Source of the DNA: Octopus vulgaris
Taxonomy: Eukaryota
Assembly (NCBI GenBank): GCA_951406725.2
Contig: OX597832.1
Coordinates: 62,806,001 to 62,870,000, forward strand
Direction: 5' to 3'
DNA length: 64,000 nucleotides
The position numbers and the translations under genes are program-made. Shown here in pieces: positions 59,411-64,000 of this stretch. Each line of letters starts with the position of its first letter. Positions within the stretch are counted from its first letter, which is position 1. The notes under the pieces are model-generated. The model was not told the origin of the DNA and did no database searches. It worked only from the letters and a program-made list of their open reading frames with translations.

Positions 59411-59884
59411 AACTTGTACTACAGACGTACATGCATACATACATATATACATACAAACAAACATATATACATACATTCTTATTCACATACATACATAATT
59501 TTTTTTGTTTACTTGTTTCAGTCATTAGATTGCGTCCATGCTGGTGTGCTACCATGAATAATTCACCCCAGTCTTATATTTTAAGCCTGGTACTTATTAT
59601 GTCGGTACTTTTTGTCGAATTGCTATTATACAGGGACGTAAATATATCAACGCCGGTTGTCAAGTGGAGGGGGTATAAATCAGAAACACAAAGACAAACA
59701 CGTGCATCAACACACACGCATACACACTCACACACACGCATATGTATATATGGATGTGTGTGTGTGTGTGTGTGTGTGTCAGTGTGTGTATGTGTGCGTG
59801 TATCTGTCTATGTGTATCTGTCCGTGTTTGTCACTCGCCAGCTGTTGATCACCAGTGCTTGTTTACTTGTCCCCTAAAGTCCAG

Positions 59885-59951
<67 letters not shown>

Positions 59952-59953
<2 letters not shown>

Positions 59954-62613
59954 CAGGAACACGCTAATAGCTTAGCAGTGAAATTTAGGATTTCACGGTT
60001 TTCTGTGAATCGATTTTGATAAAACTTTTCCCAGCTCGTTTGCACACAATGTTAACACCATTGTTATGTTTTCATTATTCGGTGTAATGTCCTTTCTTTT
60101 TTATTTCAGTTTTTGAGTGAACCACACTAATATATTTTGATTGAAAATAGCCCATCTAGACTTCTTTGTTTTTATCAGAAAATGAAGGATAATGATACAT
60201 ATTAATCATACATTTTGAACAGAAAACCATAATAATAGTATAACACCTATTGACATAATGAATTATTCAGCCACATGATAGCCAAGGAAGAAAATATCCG
60301 ATTGTGAGACCTCTAAGACTGTGACAGCTAGGGATTTAAGGCATATTGGGTGTAAGATACGTGGGAAACCTTGACAAACAAGCAAAGCCATTTTCACCGC
60401 CTTCCGACTCACTCATGTACCGAAAAGCACCAGAAATTGTATCTTCGGGACCATGGCTTCCGTGCGAGAACCCCTGAAACTGCCTCCTCACAGGTGTTTG
60501 ATGCTTTAATGGACCCAAAAGTACATGACATTAGACTTGTGCCGTGTTCTGTTCACTTACGAAACCAGGGTGACCTTAGACGAATCTGACGGTGGGCAAA
60601 TGGTTGGGTCTATTTTAGGAGAGAGCGTCACTAACTTTTGTGAGAGTCCTGCTGTGGGCTGATATCATTGGGGGCGGACTTGTTGGCCCAGTCAGGGTGC
60701 CTGAAGAGGTTAAAGTGACCGCAGTCTCCTACTGCAATCTCCTGAAGAAGGTCTTGGATCCCTGGATAGATGATATACTGTTGTCACGTCTAAGGAATCT
60801 CGTATTCATGCATAACAACGCTCTCTCCCACTCTGCTAGGACCACCCAAATATCCCTAGGGTCTTAAAACATACAAGGTGAAAGGCTGATGGTGTAGCCG
60901 CTAACATCTCCGGATCACAACCCTATCGAAAATCTTTGGTCCATCATTAAACAAGATGTTTATGCCGATAGAGGCCAATTTACGTCGAAAGATTTCTTAT
61001 GGGCGACCCTCAGAGCTGCAGCAGAGGCAGTCTAACCTGCTACTATTAAGAAATTGGCAGATTCCATGACTAATAGGATTTTTGAAGTTATCCGTCGAAA
61101 TATCGCGCATTATGTCAATAAATGTCACTAGACTACACGTGACCCGTTGGGTCACCGGTAAACTCTGAATTCCCCAGTAGCGGATTTTTGTTTCATGGGT
61201 TATTTTTTTCCTTTTCAAGGTTATTTGGCATGCTTTCAACGAATGTGACAACGAAATCACGCGTAAAATTTTCCTTTCTCCCAAAAGAAAACATTTGGCT
61301 GCTACTTCGTTCACGCCCTGCTACCACGTAACAGATATATCGGGTCCTTTATCGTAAATAGCTGTTACGTGGTAGCAGGGCGTGCTAGAAGTAGCAGCCA
61401 AATCTTTGGAGGTGAAATACGTTGAATGCACTCGAAAAACATCTATGGAAAAAAATTATTTCACACCGAATTTATGAACGCATCTTTTACGAAATATTTA
61501 CCGCAATTTTAAAGTCATTTTCACTTGAAAATATTTTTAAAATAAAACTATTGTAATGGTATTCACTTGAAAATAATTTTTCAAACAACATGAAAATATT
61601 GTCTGTTTAAAGAAAGCTATAATATAAATACTTACTATACAAACTACTCATATTTTTGAAATCATATTCACTTAAAAATAATTCTGATTAAAATAATACG
61701 GAGATGTACATGCATAGCAAGTGTCATGATCTGAGATCTTGTGCTGAAACAAAAATAATTGCAGCGTGGAAGATGTTTGTGAACCATTTAAGAACACACA
61801 AAACCGTTAGCTTCACTTCAACATTTAATTTGTGTCAAAATATTTTCGTCGCTTTGAAGCCGAAACAAAAGACAAAAAGAGAAAATAAAAAATTCTTTCT
61901 CCTTTGTTTTTCACCGTCATAACACATGAATGAGAAATGAAGGACTGAAAGTCGACGTCTTTTGTCTTAGAGAGTGATAAAGCGCGATGACTATGTGTGT
62001 ATAGGTCACAGGTAGCGTACGTGCGTTTGTGTTGATTCACACACCATGACATTTATTATATGTGTGTATATTCTGTAAGTGCGTATGTGTGTGAACATCA
62101 GGGAAACCATGTTTGTTTTCGTCAAGAAATAACAATAAAAAATTGTGTTTAATCGTTTTAATTAATAAATAGAGGTACAAATATCACGAAATTTCGTACT
62201 GAACTGCATAAAGTAAGTATGAAAATAGACATGTAAAAAAATTAAGATAAAATATAGTTTCTGATATATTTCGGGAACAAACAGGCATCTAGAGTTTAAG
62301 TATTATTAATATAATATTATTATGGTTTTCCGTTAAATATATACTCAGTATATGATTAATATGTGTCATTACCCTTCATTTCCTGAAAAGAATGTCTAGA
62401 TGGGCCATTTTCATTCAAAAGTTATTAGCGTGGTTCACTCATAGACTGAAGAATCTGAAATAAAAAACAAAAACAGGACGTTACACAGAATAATGAAATC
62501 ATAATAATGGTGTTGCCATTGTGTGCAAACCAGCTAGGAAAAGTTTTATCAAAATCGATTCACAGAAAACCGAGAAATCCTGAATTTCACAGCTAACTAT
62601 TAGCGTGGTTCTG

Positions 62614-62615
<2 letters not shown>
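59952..62615 (+). mobile_element. Decayed Tc1-like DD37E (TRT-like) transposon with ~260-bp IR/DR ends; pseudo-transposase ~60280-61130
   Basis: TIRs 59952-~60212 and ~62348-62615 with outer and inner AACCAC(G/A)CTAATA repeats; FMH[N for D]NA..(37 aa)..NPIE-NLWS; in (TA)n. Confidence 0.88.
61293..61403. repeat. Small hairpin/MITE nested in the DD37E element
   Basis: atttggctgctacttc..cacgccctgctaccacgtaacag / ctgttacgtggtagcagggcgtg..gaagtagcagccaaat. Confidence 0.8.
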
Positions 62616-62696
<81 letters not shown>

Positions 62697-62986
62697 GGTT
62701 AAGCAGAGTCAGCGGTTGGAATAACAATCCAAGGGATAATAGTATCCGTTATTACTACCGGTATCATTAACCTATGCTGTTCCTGGGCATGGGTATGCAA
62801 GCACACTATGCTCGTAGGGTACAGATAACAAAAGAATAAACAAAAGTTTATCAGGAATCAAATTTAAATAAGCCGAAAACCGAGAAAACCGTTGATCAAC
62901 AAACATTGCCCAACACCGGCAGCGGAAACAGCTGTGAGAAATGTTATTTCACGTTTTGTATTTAAAATAATCAACCGATGTTAGTC

Positions 62987-63023
<37 letters not shown>

Positions 63024-63024
63024 C

Positions 63025-63131
<107 letters not shown>

Positions 63132-63185
63132 CTTGACATATTATAACCATTAGACATATGATAACCATTCAGAAAAAACACAAGC

Positions 63186-63275
63186 ACCGTTTTGAAGCTA
63201 CGGTCTGTTCACTGACAAAAATCTGAGCTGTAAATGAAGAGGTCGCAATTTTGAGCGACGAAAATTTTGACACCA
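63186..63275. ncRNA. Two back-to-back HHR-like remnants
   Basis: Plus: AUGAAGA-g-gucgc aauuuuga gcgac-GAAAAUUUU-gaca (63229-63272); minus: uguca-GUGAACA-g-accgu..acggu without GAAA (63186-63218). Confidence 0.5.
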
Positions 63276-64000
63276 TATTAGAAATAAATGTATAATTGCG
63301 TTAACTGCCATTTTGTTTTTCTGAAATGACTAACTCATGTCTTCCATACTGGTAACCATCTGTTAGAATTCAATACACTTATACTTTAAAGGAAGTTATA
63401 GAATGTCGCGCAAGCACGGCTTCTGGTAGCAGAAACAGCTGTGAGCTACCGGAGGTGGTTATGTGACTCATGTTCTACTATAGTTCATTATTATACAGAT
63501 AAATATAGATATATTTTATGAAATACCTACATACAGAGAGAGACATACATATATATGGATATATATGTGTGTATGTGTATATGAGTGTGATGTGACTGTG
63601 TGTCTGTCTAAATTCTAAGCAATCTTTCTTACTAAAACAAACTACAACGCTATTTGTATGCAATCACTCTGTGTAAACACTTAAATGTCTTGTTTATAAC
63701 TGATATTTTCTCGCTTACTCACTAATATAGAAGTTTCGTGATTGAATGTAAAGGCATTGTGCTTATTTATATCTATCCGTCTATCTACCTATTATCTATC
63801 TATCCCCCCTTTCTATCTAGCTATCTATCATCTCTCTAACTATCTATTTATCTAGTTATCTATTTATCTATCTTTCTACATATATATATTATATGTTGTA
63901 CACACATACATACATACATACGTACATATATGTACATATGTACATACACACATACATACGAACATACAGACATGCATACATACATAGACAGATACAAGCA

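Overview
AT-rich eukaryotic intronic or intergenic DNA saturated with microsatellites ((TA)n, (CA)n, (TATG)n, (GATA)n, (TAA)n, (CAT)n, (GAA)n). The repeat families look like those of a coleoid cephalopod, probably Octopus (my inference). Almost all listed ORFs are microsatellite translation artefacts, and no intact protein-coding gene is recognisable; there are only weak candidate exons. The real content is transposable elements: tRNA-derived SINEs of three or more families, decayed Tc1/mariner elements (a classical mariner, DD37D maT, DD37E TRT-like with IR/DR ends), MITEs, R4/Dong fragments in (TAA)n and an RTE fragment. The main signal is a dense set of about 15 type I hammerhead ribozyme (HHR) motifs, folded by eye, in short and often fold-back elements inserted in (TA)n. 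One sits directly downstream of a Penelope-type GIY-YIG endonuclease C-terminus in a 1.08-kb palindrome. Two sit in non-coding ~470-nt units with terminal redundancy (retrozyme-like). Several families repeatedly show non-canonical cores (U4C, A6U, possibly G3-C8). No database searches or folding computations were run.
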